Under the pieces are notes generated by a model that was not told the origin of the DNA, ran no database searches, and saw nothing but the letters and a program-made list of their open reading frames with translations. A program made the translations under genes and the position numbers. A stretch of DNA of 64,000 nt from Pseudobacteriovorax sp. (GTDB taxonomy: Bacteria > Bdellovibrionota_B > Oligoflexia > Oligoflexales > Oligoflexaceae), in contig JBNKNM010000013.1 of assembly GCA_050293845.1 (NCBI GenBank), forward strand, positions 1 to 64,000. The letters are read 5' to 3'. Numbering within the stretch: the first letter of the stretch is position 1; the number at the start of each line of letters is the position of its first letter. Of the stretch, positions 10,256-20,905 are shown in pieces.

Positions 10256-10273
10256 GACAAATCTTTCTTAAAT

Positions 10274-11029
10274 TCATGGCTGGGCTCGCACCTCTGAGAG
10301 TTTTACCTTAGGACACACGCCGCCAAATCGCCTATTTCTTTTTTGATAGTCGATTAAGGCTAGCTCTAAATCTTCGCGATGAAACTCTGGCCAATGCTTC
10401 GGGGTAAAGTACAGTTCGGCATAGGATGTTTCCCAAAGAAGGAAATTAGATAGACGCTGTTCACCACTGGTTCTGATCAAGAGGTCGGGATCAGGTATGT
10501 CGTGGGTACTCAGGCAGTGGGTTATGGTTTTTTCTTCTATATCGCTAGGGTTTAATTCACCCTTTTCTACCATAGCTGCAATTTTCTTTACTGCCTCGGT
10601 GATATCGCTTCTACCTGAATAGCTCAAAGCGAGTATCAGTTGAAGCCCCGAATTATCCTTTGTCTTGTGCTCACCACTTTCAAGGAGCTTGCGACACTGA
10701 GCCGGGAGCTTATAGCGATTACCAATACCCCGGAGGCGTACGTTGTTTTCATGCAGCCGATCAATCTCATCGCGCAGATATTGAGTCAGTAACCGAAACA
10801 ACCCTTTAACCTCATCGGCGGGCCGACTCCAGTTTTCCTCGGAAAAAGCATAAAGAGTCAGGTGTTCGATACCCAAATTCCCAGCCAATTCCACCACCTC
10901 ACGGACCCTTTTGGCCCCACTTCTATGGCCAAAAATACGAGGCCGATTCTTGCCTTGCGCCCACCTGCCGTTTCCATCCATAATTATCGCTACATGCCGG
11001 GGAAGATTAGTCGATTTTTGAAATTCCAT
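10274..11029 (-). CDS. uppS: Undecaprenyl diphosphate synthase
   Basis: HVAIIMDGNGRW, FSEENW, IRTSGEQRLSNFLLW and RRFGG motifs. Confidence 0.97.
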   Translation of the reverse strand: MEFQKSTNLPRHVAIIMDGNGRWAQGKNRPRIFGHRSGAKRVREVVELAGNLGIEHLTLYAFSEENWSRPADEVKGLFRLLTQYLRDEIDRLHENNVRLRGIGNRYKLPAQCRKLLESGEHKTKDNSGLQLILALSYSGRSDITEAVKKIAAMVEKGELNPSDIEEKTITHCLSTHDIPDPDLLIRTSGEQRLSNFLLWETSYAELYFTPKHWPEFHREDLELALIDYQKRNRRFGGVCPKVKLSEVRAQP

Positions 11030-11204
11030 TTAACGGTTATTTCCTACAAAATATGGCCCTAGCCTATATCTAGAACACTTGGAATCTGCTATTAAGGTCC
11101 TGGGGTAGTTCACATATCATAATCTACGGACTTACCCAAGGCTATAACATTGCTAGCTATTAAACCATGGCAAACCTATAAGAATCGCAAAAAACAGAGA
11201 AACT

Positions 11205-11918
11205 ATGCCAAAAACAAGTCAAGCTAAGCTAATCATGGCGGCCAATTCCCTGGGTCAACCAGGGGATATCCCCCTGCGGAGTCTGGAAGCTCTACGCACA
11301 TCTGATCTATTGATTTTTGAAGAAGACAAGCCCGCTCGCCAAGCTCTTAAGGCCGCGGGGGTTCACCGGGATTATCTGAAATTGACAGAGCATAATGAAA
11401 AAGAAACGGTTCTGGCCGCATCAGCAGCGCTCAAAGCTGGCAAAGTAGTGTGCTATATGAGTGACCAAGGCATGCCAACTCTAGCAGACCCTGGGCAATT
11501 ATTGCTGCATTTGGCCTATCAACATAAGTCTACCGTGACTGTAATCCCAGGCCCCAGCTCCATCAGTACCGCTCTGGCTGCATGCCCTTTCCCTGTTGAA
11601 CAATTTTTTTATCAAGGCTTTCTCCCTAGGGAAAAGTCCGTACGACATTCTGCTATCGCCAAGCTTGTTCAGAGCCAAAGAGTCCCCATTGTTATATTGG
11701 AAACACCTTATAGGCGGAAGCAGCTCCTACAATCCCTAGCTGCTGAGTTTTCCGAAACAACCAAGGCCCTATTAGCCGTTGATATTTCTGGGCCTAATGA
11801 AAACTACTATTACGATGACTTAAAAACCCTCGCCGCGCTAGATTTAGAGAAATTAAACTTTGTTGTCGTGGTAAATCCAGGAGCCTCAAGAAGGCCCTTT
11901 ATAAAACGGGGAGTTTAG
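11205..11918 (+). CDS. rsmI: 16S rRNA C1402 2'-O-methyltransferase (tetrapyrrole methylase family)
   Basis: EED, SDQGMPTLADPG, PGPSS, QGFLP and ETPYR motifs. Confidence 0.82.
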   Translation: MPKTSQAKLIMAANSLGQPGDIPLRSLEALRTSDLLIFEEDKPARQALKAAGVHRDYLKLTEHNEKETVLAASAALKAGKVVCYMSDQGMPTLADPGQLLLHLAYQHKSTVTVIPGPSSISTALAACPFPVEQFFYQGFLPREKSVRHSAIAKLVQSQRVPIVILETPYRRKQLLQSLAAEFSETTKALLAVDISGPNENYYYDDLKTLAALDLEKLNFVVVVNPGASRRPFIKRGV

Positions 11919-12998
11919 ATAATAAGGTATCGCCATCTGTACGATACTAGAAACAATGGCCACTGCCGGAACGGCGAATAGGATGCCCAAAATACCAAAC
12001 CAATCACCAAAGGAAACAACGGAGGCGATCACAACCACAGGATGTAATCCCGCTTTATCGCCGATCACGCGTGGTGTAATAAACATCCCATCTAAAGCCT
12101 GCACGACAACAATCACAATAGCCACTGCCACTATCATGGCAATTCCTCCCCCCTGGCTAATGATGACTATCACAGATAAACTAGCCCCTACCACCACATC
12201 AAGGTAAGGCACTATGCGGCATATTCCAGCCACAGCACCTATGGCTAAGCCTGAAGCCAGGTTAATAATGGAAAATCCTAGCATGTAAAGAAAACTCAAT
12301 ATTAAAGCCACTAGTAATTGTCCCTTCACCACTCCCCATAAAATAAAGTCCATTTTTTGCAAATTATAGACCGCTATGGGTTTGATGTCAGGGGGAACAA
12401 TGTACTTAAAAAACCCTTTGATCCGCTCCCAGTAGCTTAACTGCACCCAAGTTAGCATCGGTATAAGGAGAATATTCATCGCACCACCCAGCACCTGGGG
12501 AGTCGTTGACCAAAGCTGTTGTAAGGCATTTGTGCTGGTATTAGTCAGTTTTTTAGTAAGATCCAAATTCAGCAGAACTTCATCAAATTTTTCATAACTT
12601 AGAACTCCCTTTGCTCCCAGCCAGTCCCGCAAGGGGATCATTTTTTGATTGATATAATTGGCGGCACGGGGAATTTGTTTGATGATAGCTACCAGCTCTG
12701 AATAAACAGTCGGCAATACTGCTGCCATAAGACCTATGAAAGCACCAAAAAAAATAACGACCATAATAAGAACAATGACAGGTTGCTTCACATGAAGATG
12801 AAAACCGAGCCTGGCTATAGCCGGACTCAGTACATAGGAGAAGATGAGACTAATGGCCAGCGCTACAAACAATGTACGATATAGAATACCAATGGCTAAA
12901 ACTGAACCCAGGACCAAGCCTGAGAAAACAGCAAAGCGCTTGAAGCGCTCCCAGTCGTACATGTTTTCAGGTTCGCATATATCTTCATACTCAGACAT
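11886..12998 (-). CDS. AI-2E family transporter
   Basis: Polytopic membrane protein with VKGQLLVA, IVPY and PRVIGDKAGLHPV. Confidence 0.88.
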   Translation of the reverse strand: MSEYEDICEPENMYDWERFKRFAVFSGLVLGSVLAIGILYRTLFVALAISLIFSYVLSPAIARLGFHLHVKQPVIVLIMVVIFFGAFIGLMAAVLPTVYSELVAIIKQIPRAANYINQKMIPLRDWLGAKGVLSYEKFDEVLLNLDLTKKLTNTSTNALQQLWSTTPQVLGGAMNILLIPMLTWVQLSYWERIKGFFKYIVPPDIKPIAVYNLQKMDFILWGVVKGQLLVALILSFLYMLGFSIINLASGLAIGAVAGICRIVPYLDVVVGASLSVIVIISQGGGIAMIVAVAIVIVVVQALDGMFITPRVIGDKAGLHPVVVIASVVSFGDWFGILGILFAVPAVAIVSSIVQMAIPYYLNSPFYKGPS

Positions 12999-13015
12999 GG
13001 TCTGACACTCCCATA

Positions 13016-13879
13016 CTACCGACGAGCAACAACCACACGCGGTAGCTTTGCAAGGTCCTTAACGACTTTAATACTCCCCCAACCTTGCTCCTCTAATATG
13101 GCAATAACGGCATCCCTCTGCTGAGACCCCATTTCAACAAATAAGGCACCCGCAGGCTTTAACACCCTTTTAGCCTGACGGGCTAGAACTTGGTAAAAAA
13201 CTAATCCGTCTTGTTCAGCAAAAAGCGCTTTGTGGGGTTCAAAATTTTTTACAGATAGAGCCACATCATCCCACTCTGTGTTTGCGATATAGGGAGGGTT
13301 TGAGCAGATAAAATCATAGGAGCTATCGGCAAGTTCTTGCCAAACCTTGATAAGTAAGGCGTCCTGCTGTGCCCATTGAATCGTCACTCCATGGGTTTCA
13401 GCATTTTCTGCTGCTACAGCAAGGGCCTGAGGGCAAATATCCCACGCAGTCATGGTTCCTTGGGGATTTTCTTTACTAACCACTATGGGGATACACCCCG
13501 ATCCAGTTCCAATATCGAGCCCCTTATAGGGGCCTTGCTGTCGCTTAAGATCATTTAAGATCTCTTCTACAAGATGTTCCGTTTCCGGCCTTGGGATAAG
13601 GACATGAGAATTCACTTTAAAGTCGTAGCCGTAAAATTCCCGAACCCCTAAGATGTAGGCTATAGGCTCCCCTTGAGCGCGTCTTAACAGATTCTTTTTG
13701 ATAACTCCACGTTCAGCAGTAGTGAGGGGTTTTTCTCCATGACAGTAGAGATATACACGATTACAATCTAAGGCATGGCAAAGCAATAATTCGCTATCAA
13801 GACGTGGCGTTGTTGATGCTTGCTTTAGGAACGTGGTGCACCATGCTAGGATATCGCGAACTGTCCAAACCTCACCCAT
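13016..13879 (-). CDS. prmC: Release factor glutamine methyltransferase
   Basis: GEPIAYILG, LIPRPETE, DIGTGSG and SNPPY motifs. Lies downstream of prfA. Confidence 0.95.
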   Translation of the reverse strand: MGEVWTVRDILAWCTTFLKQASTTPRLDSELLLCHALDCNRVYLYCHGEKPLTTAERGVIKKNLLRRAQGEPIAYILGVREFYGYDFKVNSHVLIPRPETEHLVEEILNDLKRQQGPYKGLDIGTGSGCIPIVVSKENPQGTMTAWDICPQALAVAAENAETHGVTIQWAQQDALLIKVWQELADSSYDFICSNPPYIANTEWDDVALSVKNFEPHKALFAEQDGLVFYQVLARQAKRVLKPAGALFVEMGSQQRDAVIAILEEQGWGSIKVVKDLAKLPRVVVARR

Positions 13880-13882
13880 AGT

Positions 13883-14953
13883 TTAGGGCCTCTCAAGCTG
13901 CTTTTTCAGAAGCTCTGTTTGGTGATACGTACCCAGTGCATCCAACACCTCACCGATATCCCCTTCCATAGAAGCGTCTAACTTATACAGGGTTAAATTA
14001 ATCCGATGATCGGTGAGACGCCCCTGGGGAAAGTTATAGGTACGAATACGTTCACTACGATCACCACTTCCAACCTGACTCTTCCTATCGGCACTAATGG
14101 CATCGGCTTGCTCCCGCTGCATTTTTTCCAGCAGACGAGATTTCAGTACTTTCATAGCTTTATCACGGTTTTTAATTTGCGAGCGCTCATCTTGGCACTC
14201 AACGACAAGGCCGGTTGGCTTGTGGACAATACGCACAGCAGAATCAGTGGTATTTACGTGTTGGCCACCAGCTCCCGAGGAACGAAAAGTACCGATATCT
14301 AGGTCCTTAGAATCGATTTTAACATCGTCAACCTCTTCAGCTTCCGGGAGAATGGCAACCGTGCACGCTGATGTGTGAATGCGGCCTTGAGTTTCAGTTT
14401 GCGGTACCCGCTGTACCCGGTGAACTCCGCTTTCAAACTTCAGCCGGCTAAAGACCTTCTCCCCTTTTATGAGGATCACAGCCTCTTTATAACCACCTGC
14501 TGCTGACTCTGTGGAAGACAGTGCCTCAACCTTCCAGCCTTTTTTCTCAGCGTAGCGCGTATACATACGCAGCAAGTCGGCTGCAAATAGAGAAGCTTCT
14601 TCTCCACCAGTCCCTGCACGTACTTCGAGGATAACATTACGTTCATCATTAGGGTCACGCGGCAGGGTTAAGAGCTGCAGCTCTTGCTCCGACTCTTTTA
14701 TTTGTTCTTCTAATGTTGCCAGCTCTTCCTTGGCCATTTCTCTAAGCTCAGGATCGCTTTCCTTAAGCATTTCCTTAGCCGCCTCACGATCTAATTTTTG
14801 CTTTTTGTAAACTTTATAAGCTTCAACTATATCCACGATGGAAGCGCGTTCCTTGGAAAGTCGTGTTAGCTCTTTACCATCCAAGTCGGATCGAGATAGT
14901 TGGCTCTCGATCTCTGTGAATCGCAGTTCGATGGACTCCAGTTTATCGAACAT
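13883..14953 (-). CDS. prfA: Peptide chain release factor 1
   Basis: GTGGEEA, HRVQRVPQTE (PxT, RF1-type) and GGQ motifs. Start is 14953 or 14962. Confidence 0.97.
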   Translation of the reverse strand: MFDKLESIELRFTEIESQLSRSDLDGKELTRLSKERASIVDIVEAYKVYKKQKLDREAAKEMLKESDPELREMAKEELATLEEQIKESEQELQLLTLPRDPNDERNVILEVRAGTGGEEASLFAADLLRMYTRYAEKKGWKVEALSSTESAAGGYKEAVILIKGEKVFSRLKFESGVHRVQRVPQTETQGRIHTSACTVAILPEAEEVDDVKIDSKDLDIGTFRSSGAGGQHVNTTDSAVRIVHKPTGLVVECQDERSQIKNRDKAMKVLKSRLLEKMQREQADAISADRKSQVGSGDRSERIRTYNFPQGRLTDHRINLTLYKLDASMEGDIGEVLDALGTYHQTELLKKQLERP

Positions 14954-14967
14954 TATTTTCATCCTGT

Positions 14968-15002
14968 AAAAAAAGAGCCCATAACCTTTTACAGTTATGG
15001 GT
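14968..15002 (-). terminator. Intrinsic terminator after rho
   Basis: Minus strand ACCCATAAC-loop-GTTATGGGC followed by TCTTTTTTT. Confidence 0.7.
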
Positions 15003-15033
15003 TGAATTCATTTTAAGAATGCCGTTTTATACA

Positions 15034-16380
15034 TCAGCCATTCATCGAATCAAGAAACGCCGCATTACTATCTGTTTTTTCCATTTTATTGAGTAAGAAC
15101 TCCATAGCATCAACCGTATTAAGCGGCTGCAGTAGCTTGCGGAGTATCCACATCCGATTTAATATTTCCTTCGGCAGCAGCAACTCTTCTTTTCGTGTTC
15201 CCGACTTATTAATGTCCATAGCTGGGAAGACACGTTTTTCTGACAGTTTACGATCAAGCACCAACTCCATATTACCAGTACCTTTGAATTCTTCAAAGAT
15301 AACCTCATCCATACGAGAACCGGTGTCAATGAGAGCTGTTGCAATGATGGTTAAGGAGCCGCCATCCTCAATATTACGCGCCGCTCCGAAAAAACGTTTC
15401 GGCTTATGGAGGGCATTAGAGTCAACACCACCAGATAATATTTTTCCGGACGGTGGTACTACCGAGTTATAAGCTCGGGCTAAGCGCGTGATCGAGTCTA
15501 AGAGAATGACAACGTCATTTTTATGCTCAACTAAGCGCTTGGCTTTCTCAATCACCATTTCAGCAACTTGTACGTGGCGCTGAGCCGGCTCATCAAATGT
15601 TGAACTGATCACTTCTCCCCTGACCGACCTTTCCATATCGGTGACTTCTTCCGGGCGCTCATCAATGAGCAAGACAATAAGAATCGCTTCAGGATGATTC
15701 TTCTCAATGGAGTGAGCAATATTTTGCAAAAGAACCGTTTTACCTGTTCTGGGAGGAGCCACCACAAGCGCCCGTTGCCCTTTACCAATGGGACACATAA
15801 TGTCAATTATGCGTGTAGAATAATTATGAGTATTAACCTCCATCTTAAACTTTTCCATAGGGTATAGAGGCGTTAAATTGTCAAAAAGAATCTTGTCAAA
15901 TCCAGGATCAGGGGGCGCGCTGTTAACTTTTTCCACCTTAAGCAAAGCAAAATAGCGTTCTGTATCTTTAGGAGGACGAATCTGTCCTGATACAGTATCT
16001 CCTGTTCTCAGATTAAATCGCCTAATCTGTGAAGGAGACACATAGATATCATCGGGGCCAGGAAGATAGTTATAATCGGGGGCCCTTAGGAAGCCAAAGC
16101 CATCGGGTAAGGTTTCAAGAACACCTTCTCCGTATATAACTCCACCCTTTTCAGATTGAGCCTGAAGCAGAGCGAAGATCAAGTCCTGCTTGCGCATACT
16201 ACTAGAGCCCTCGACACCAAGCTCTCTAGCAACTTTGTTAAGATCCGAAATTTTTCTTTCTTTCAACTCTTTCAAGTTGATTTCTTGATGGTGCTTATCA
16301 CCGGTTTGTTCTTTCGAGGATTTAGCAGCAGCTTTGCGGGTTGACTTTGGTTTCTCTACCGACTTTTCCTTTTCAGTCAT
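15034..16380 (-). CDS. rho: Transcription termination factor Rho
   Basis: [27 protein letters not shown] and [10 protein letters not shown] motifs. Confidence 0.98.
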   Translation of the reverse strand: MTEKEKSVEKPKSTRKAAAKSSKEQTGDKHHQEINLKELKERKISDLNKVARELGVEGSSSMRKQDLIFALLQAQSEKGGVIYGEGVLETLPDGFGFLRAPDYNYLPGPDDIYVSPSQIRRFNLRTGDTVSGQIRPPKDTERYFALLKVEKVNSAPPDPGFDKILFDNLTPLYPMEKFKMEVNTHNYSTRIIDIMCPIGKGQRALVVAPPRTGKTVLLQNIAHSIEKNHPEAILIVLLIDERPEEVTDMERSVRGEVISSTFDEPAQRHVQVAEMVIEKAKRLVEHKNDVVILLDSITRLARAYNSVVPPSGKILSGGVDSNALHKPKRFFGAARNIEDGGSLTIIATALIDTGSRMDEVIFEEFKGTGNMELVLDRKLSEKRVFPAMDINKSGTRKEELLLPKEILNRMWILRKLLQPLNTVDAMEFLLNKMEKTDSNAAFLDSMNG

Positions 16381-16746
16381 AGGTTGCTCTCTTCATAAAT
16401 AAAGGTAGGTAATTAAGTTATACATAATTTTATATAAAAGACGGAATACTCAAGCCTGAGACATCCTATTGATAAATAAAAGTGAAAGTATTTGACTAAT
16501 TGCGAAGATCCTAGATGGACAATGGCAGGGCAACACTTTATGCCTTTTACCTACAACTTGATTATTCTATGCTATCATTTTTGTCAATCTAAATTCTTCG
16601 TTTCCTGAGACTTACCCCTAGCGTATGTCAAAGAAGCATTGTACTTCCCTAGCAAATGAGCGATAATCAAGTTAACTAACATTGATATTCTTCTTATAAC
16701 GTACACGAACTAGATTTATTTTTCATTATTATTCGGTGGTGGTTAT

Positions 16747-17133
16747 ATGAAATCAGCTTTTTTACTAGCGATTCTTATCCTTTCTGTTTCCTACTCGGCT
16801 CAGGCCCAAGTAGTTTCAACTCAAGAACGATTTCAGGATCTATTTACAACTGCAGGATATGGTACTGCTTTTGGAGCTGCCTTGGGAACCGCTATTTTAC
16901 CATTTCAAGATAACCCCGAAAAAAACCTACGCCTGGTTGCTATTGGAGCGAGTATAGGATTTATTGGGGGCAGCCTTTTAGGTAGTTACATAGTATTTTC
17001 TCCAGGTTTTTCAAGCAGCGAGGGATTTTCCTATCTCCCTCCATCAGCAAACTTGGCCATAGGACCTATGTTAAATGAAAATAACCTTAAATTTCAAGGA
17101 GTTCATGGCATCATTCGCCTGGCAAGCTTCTAG
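16747..17133 (+). CDS. Hypothetical exported or membrane protein with Gly-zipper-like helices
   Basis: Signal peptide (AQA) and GxxxGxxxG hydrophobic segments. Confidence 0.6.
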   Translation: MKSAFLLAILILSVSYSAQAQVVSTQERFQDLFTTAGYGTAFGAALGTAILPFQDNPEKNLRLVAIGASIGFIGGSLLGSYIVFSPGFSSSEGFSYLPPSANLAIGPMLNENNLKFQGVHGIIRLASF

Positions 17134-17531
17134 CCATACAGCTCATCCATCAAACCATAGGCTCGTCTCAAATGAGGTACCACAATGGTTCCCCCTACTA
17201 CCGTAGCTACATTCAAAGAATCCTCCAGCTCTTGCTGCTGAGCACCCAATCGATAAGCCTGGATAATGTGGTAGAAAATGCAATCATCACACCTTAAACA
17301 AGCTGAAGCGACGAGACCCATTAGCTCTTTTATTTTTGCCGAAAGCCCCTGCCCTTCGAGATAGGCGTTGTGGTCAACATTATAGATACGCATCAACAAT
17401 TTGTTATCCGCCGCATCGACCACGGAATTCTGAGCTGTACGCCGTTCTAAGAACTCTTTCGCCAGAGCACTTTTACTTTGTACCTGTTCCTCGGAATAAA
17501 TAAAAACAGGTTCACGAGATGATCTTTTCAT
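17130..17531 (-). CDS. Carboxymuconolactone decarboxylase / AhpD-like protein
   Basis: LSAKIKELMGL...LRCDDCIFYH (CxxC core). Confidence 0.85.
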   Translation of the reverse strand: MKRSSREPVFIYSEEQVQSKSALAKEFLERRTAQNSVVDAADNKLLMRIYNVDHNAYLEGQGLSAKIKELMGLVASACLRCDDCIFYHIIQAYRLGAQQQELEDSLNVATVVGGTIVVPHLRRAYGLMDELYG

Positions 17532-17587
17532 ATGTCCCCCATTTGTTGATTGCGACTTTTCCAGGGAAGTTTTCTTACTGAATTTTT

Positions 17588-18943
17588 TCAGATCCCGGAC
17601 TTACTAACAATATGACCAACTAAATCATAGTCATGAGCCTCTGTAATGCGACATATTTGAATATCTCCAACTTTGTAGTCACCATCATTTATATAAACTA
17701 TGCCATCCACTTCGGGCGCTTGAGTTGCCAACCGCGCTTCCATGAGCAGTTCCGTTTCTTCCGAAGCACCCAAGACTAAAACAGGTAGCTCCCTCCCCAC
17801 ATAGCTCGCTAACTTTTCTCTGGAGATTTGTTGCTGCAGACTCATGATTTCATCTAGCCGCCGTGACTTAATATCCTCATCCACCTGGTCTAGCATACGC
17901 CCTGCGACTGTCCCCTCTTCTTGAGAATAGGAAAAACATCCCAAGTGCTCAAATTTTTGGGTAGCCACAAATTCTTTAAGTTCTTGGAAGTCTTCTTCCG
18001 TCTCTCCTGGAAACCCAACCATGACAGAAGTTCTGATAGCAATATCGGGGATAGCCTGTCGCAGTTTAGAAATGATCATTTCAATATCCTGACGACTGAC
18101 ATCCCGATTCATGGACTGAAGAATACGATCACTAGCATGCTGGATCGGTATATCCAGATATTTTACCAGCTTTTCATTAGCCGCAAAAAACTCAATAAAC
18201 TCATCACTAATATTTTCGGGATACATATACAGCATCCGTATCCAAGACAGTCCATCGACAGCAACTAGCTCTCGTAAAAGGGGTAATAAGTCGGAGCTTC
18301 CCCAGTCTCTGCCAAAAGCCGCCAGATCTTGCGCAATCAGGTTGATTTCACGAACTCCCTGACTTGCGAGCTGCCGCGCTTCTTTTAGGACCGAAGGGAT
18401 CGGGCGCGACCGCAATTGGCCACGTATTGCGGGAATGATGCAGAAAGCACAGTTATGCTGGCAACCTTCCGCTACTTTTACATATGCAGACCAAGAAGAT
18501 AATGTGTTCTTCTTGGGTAAGGAACCGTCATAGAGGTAGTGAGTTCTTTTGGCATGAACTGTTCCTTTCGGAAGATCTTGGCTGAGATACTCACCTATAC
18601 TGGGAAACTCATCGGTCCCCACAAAAAGGTCTACTTCTGGCAGCCCCTCTGAAAGCTGGCGTTTATAGCGCTGAGTCATACAGCCTGTGACCACCAGTTT
18701 CATGTCCGGCTTAGCTTGTTTTAATTGGGCCGCCTCTAAAATGGTGTTAATACTTTCTTCTTTCGCAGGGCCGATAAAGCCGCAGGTGTTAATAATGACT
18801 GCATCAGCATCGTCAGCATCCTGGGTAACTTTCCAGTTGTCGTCGATCAGAGTTCCTAGCATGACCTCAGAGTCTGCTCTATTGCGGGCACAGCCCAAGG
18901 AAATTAAATGCACTTTACGATCGACCGAGCCTGTGGCATCCAT
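17588..18943 (-). CDS. rimO: Ribosomal protein S12 methylthiotransferase
   Basis: SLGCARN, NTCGFI, AYVKVAEGCQHNCAFCIIP (radical SAM), APEVDG and a TRAM domain. Confidence 0.95.
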   Translation of the reverse strand: MDATGSVDRKVHLISLGCARNRADSEVMLGTLIDDNWKVTQDADDADAVIINTCGFIGPAKEESINTILEAAQLKQAKPDMKLVVTGCMTQRYKRQLSEGLPEVDLFVGTDEFPSIGEYLSQDLPKGTVHAKRTHYLYDGSLPKKNTLSSWSAYVKVAEGCQHNCAFCIIPAIRGQLRSRPIPSVLKEARQLASQGVREINLIAQDLAAFGRDWGSSDLLPLLRELVAVDGLSWIRMLYMYPENISDEFIEFFAANEKLVKYLDIPIQHASDRILQSMNRDVSRQDIEMIISKLRQAIPDIAIRTSVMVGFPGETEEDFQELKEFVATQKFEHLGCFSYSQEEGTVAGRMLDQVDEDIKSRRLDEIMSLQQQISREKLASYVGRELPVLVLGASEETELLMEARLATQAPEVDGIVYINDGDYKVGDIQICRITEAHDYDLVGHIVSKSGI

Positions 18944-19053
18944 AAACCTACTCCATTCAGGGGGATTTTGTTTCTTCGCCGGCGTGATAAGTCATATTGC
19001 TACACCAACCGGTGTTACTATCATGGAAACTTGAGAACAAGCAAGGGATTTTT

Positions 19054-19956
19054 ATGGACGGGATTATTTCAGTCAATGGTCAGACATTTCTTCCCCAGGA
19101 TGCGACAATCCCCGTCCTCGATCGGGGCTTTTTATTTGGAGATAATATTTTTGAAGTATTTGTTGCTTTCGATAATACCGTACTTGATTTGATACCCCAC
19201 CTAGAACGACTACGTCTTTCGGCAGAAAAACACGGTATCCCGGTACCCTGGTCTAACCAAGAACTCGAATTTGAAATATATTCCTTGGTGGAGTCCTGCG
19301 CAGCAGATAAGAAGTATGTGAGACTCGTCGTTACAAGAGGATACGGCATGAGCCTTTACACCCCTGAGACCTCGATTCCAAATAAAGTCATTTATTGTCT
19401 CCCAGCAAAACAGGAAGCCTCAGAAGTACACTCCCGTGGTATTCGCTTGAAACATAAGCCGGCTTACTTTACTGAACGGGGAGCTTCGGCAAAAACCGGC
19501 AATTATATTCGCTCCATAACAGCCTTAAAGCAGATTAAAGCGGAAGGATTTGACGATGTATTATGGACCAATAGTGATCAGGAAATTACGGAAGCTTCTA
19601 CTGCAAATATATTTCTTATTGGGCGCGAAGGCGATCTTGTTGAAATAGCAACCCCACCCGCTGCCAGTGGACTTTTGCTTGGTATCACCCGTTCTAGAAT
19701 TATGCAATTGCTCGAAAATGCTGGTATTAAAGTAACGGAAAGGGTTATTACCAATGATGAAATTCCAAGATTTGATGAGGGTTTTCTTTGCTCTACCGTG
19801 CGCGGCCTAATACCCATACAAGCTATCGACCGACACCGCCTCCATACCATGCGCCCTAATTCTGTTTTTAGGCATATTAAAAGTCTTTACTTAACCTGGG
19901 TTCAAACCCAAGTAGGTTATGCTGTTGATTGGAATACTGGTGAAAAAATTGTGTAG
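19054..19956 (+). CDS. Class IV PLP-dependent aminotransferase (BCAT/D-amino acid/ADC lyase family)
   Basis: DRGFLFGD, HLERL, KTGNY, EASTANIF and LLGITR motifs. Start re-set to ATG 19054. Confidence 0.88.
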   Translation: MDGIISVNGQTFLPQDATIPVLDRGFLFGDNIFEVFVAFDNTVLDLIPHLERLRLSAEKHGIPVPWSNQELEFEIYSLVESCAADKKYVRLVVTRGYGMSLYTPETSIPNKVIYCLPAKQEASEVHSRGIRLKHKPAYFTERGASAKTGNYIRSITALKQIKAEGFDDVLWTNSDQEITEASTANIFLIGREGDLVEIATPPAASGLLLGITRSRIMQLLENAGIKVTERVITNDEIPRFDEGFLCSTVRGLIPIQAIDRHRLHTMRPNSVFRHIKSLYLTWVQTQVGYAVDWNTGEKIV

Positions 19957-19966
19957 CAAGTGGCAG

Positions 19967-20497
19967 CTATGCTTCCGCCTTTTTAGTCGAGTCTTTGCGT
20001 TGCTGCTCTTGAACCTGCTCGATAGCGCTTTGGATGTCGCTACTTTGCTCTGTTTCTGACCTTTTACGGACTTCTTCCATAATATTGTGGCGGGTCGTAT
20101 ATTCTGAGTTGTTAAGAATGACTTGACGACCTTTTCTATTTTTTAAATTAAACACCAAGGGAGCTTTTAAGTTTGCTGTCATTTTCTGAGGATCACTAGG
20201 CAGGGTTATGATCACAGATATCACTGCATCTTCCTCTTGTTCAAGCCCCAGATCAGCGACTTCAGCTTCATTCACTTCTACCGTATACTCTGGTTTGAAT
20301 AACAAGGGGTTGATTAACACAAATGCAATGGCCCCATCATCTAGGGATTGCAACCATTTAAAGGGAGAATCTTTGTCATGATCAAGAAGAACATATTTTT
20401 TGAGTTCAGGAAACCCAATTAACCCTGAAGGCAACTCGATGACATCATCTTCATCTACTTCTATGTCGCTAAATCGTGTTGTTTTAACCTTAATCAC
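19967..20497 (-). CDS. fliW: Flagellar assembly factor FliW
   Basis: GLIGF, FKWLQS and TANLKAPLV motifs. Adjacent to csrA. Confidence 0.95.
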   Translation of the reverse strand: MIKVKTTRFSDIEVDEDDVIELPSGLIGFPELKKYVLLDHDKDSPFKWLQSLDDGAIAFVLINPLLFKPEYTVEVNEAEVADLGLEQEEDAVISVIITLPSDPQKMTANLKAPLVFNLKNRKGRQVILNNSEYTTRHNIMEEVRKRSETEQSSDIQSAIEQVQEQQRKDSTKKAEA

Positions 20498-20578
20498 AGG
20501 CCTTCCCTTCCACTAATACTATTTAGGGTTTCAAATACTAGTCTACTTCAATTCCGTAAACGTGATCAACTCAAAGAG

Positions 20579-20872
20579 CTACTTCATATTTTTTTTCTCG
20601 CCACGAGAGTGTTTCCTTAATTTTGCGCTTGGTGCATTTTTGTCTTTTTCATCAAAAATATCAGATGCTTGATTTACAGACTCCATATCTACATTTGCAG
20701 CCTGTTTATTTTCATCTAAAATCCTTTGATACACTTCCTCTCGGTGAACAACTGTGCTTGCAGAAGCTTTTATACCCAAACGAACTTGCTTGCCTTTGAT
20801 CTGCATTACAATGATTTTAACATCATCTCCAATGGCGATTCCCTCGCCAACCTTCCTTGTTAGTACTAGCAC
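20579..20872 (-). CDS. csrA: Carbon storage regulator CsrA with C-terminal extension
   Basis: [10 protein letters not shown]...VRLGIKA...HREEVY. Start re-set to GTG 20872, after AAGGAGG. Confidence 0.95.
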   Translation of the reverse strand: MLVLTRKVGEGIAIGDDVKIIVMQIKGKQVRLGIKASASTVVHREEVYQRILDENKQAANVDMESVNQASDIFDEKDKNAPSAKLRKHSRGEKKNMK

Positions 20873-20905
20873 CTCCAAACCCTCCTTGGTTATCGGTACT
20901 TTAAT

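Noticed and set aside
11168..11196. GGCAAACC...CGCAAA, reminiscent of a c-di-GMP-I riboswitch
   Set aside because: There is no P2 stem with a GNRA loop and no P3 stem, and the segment is too short.
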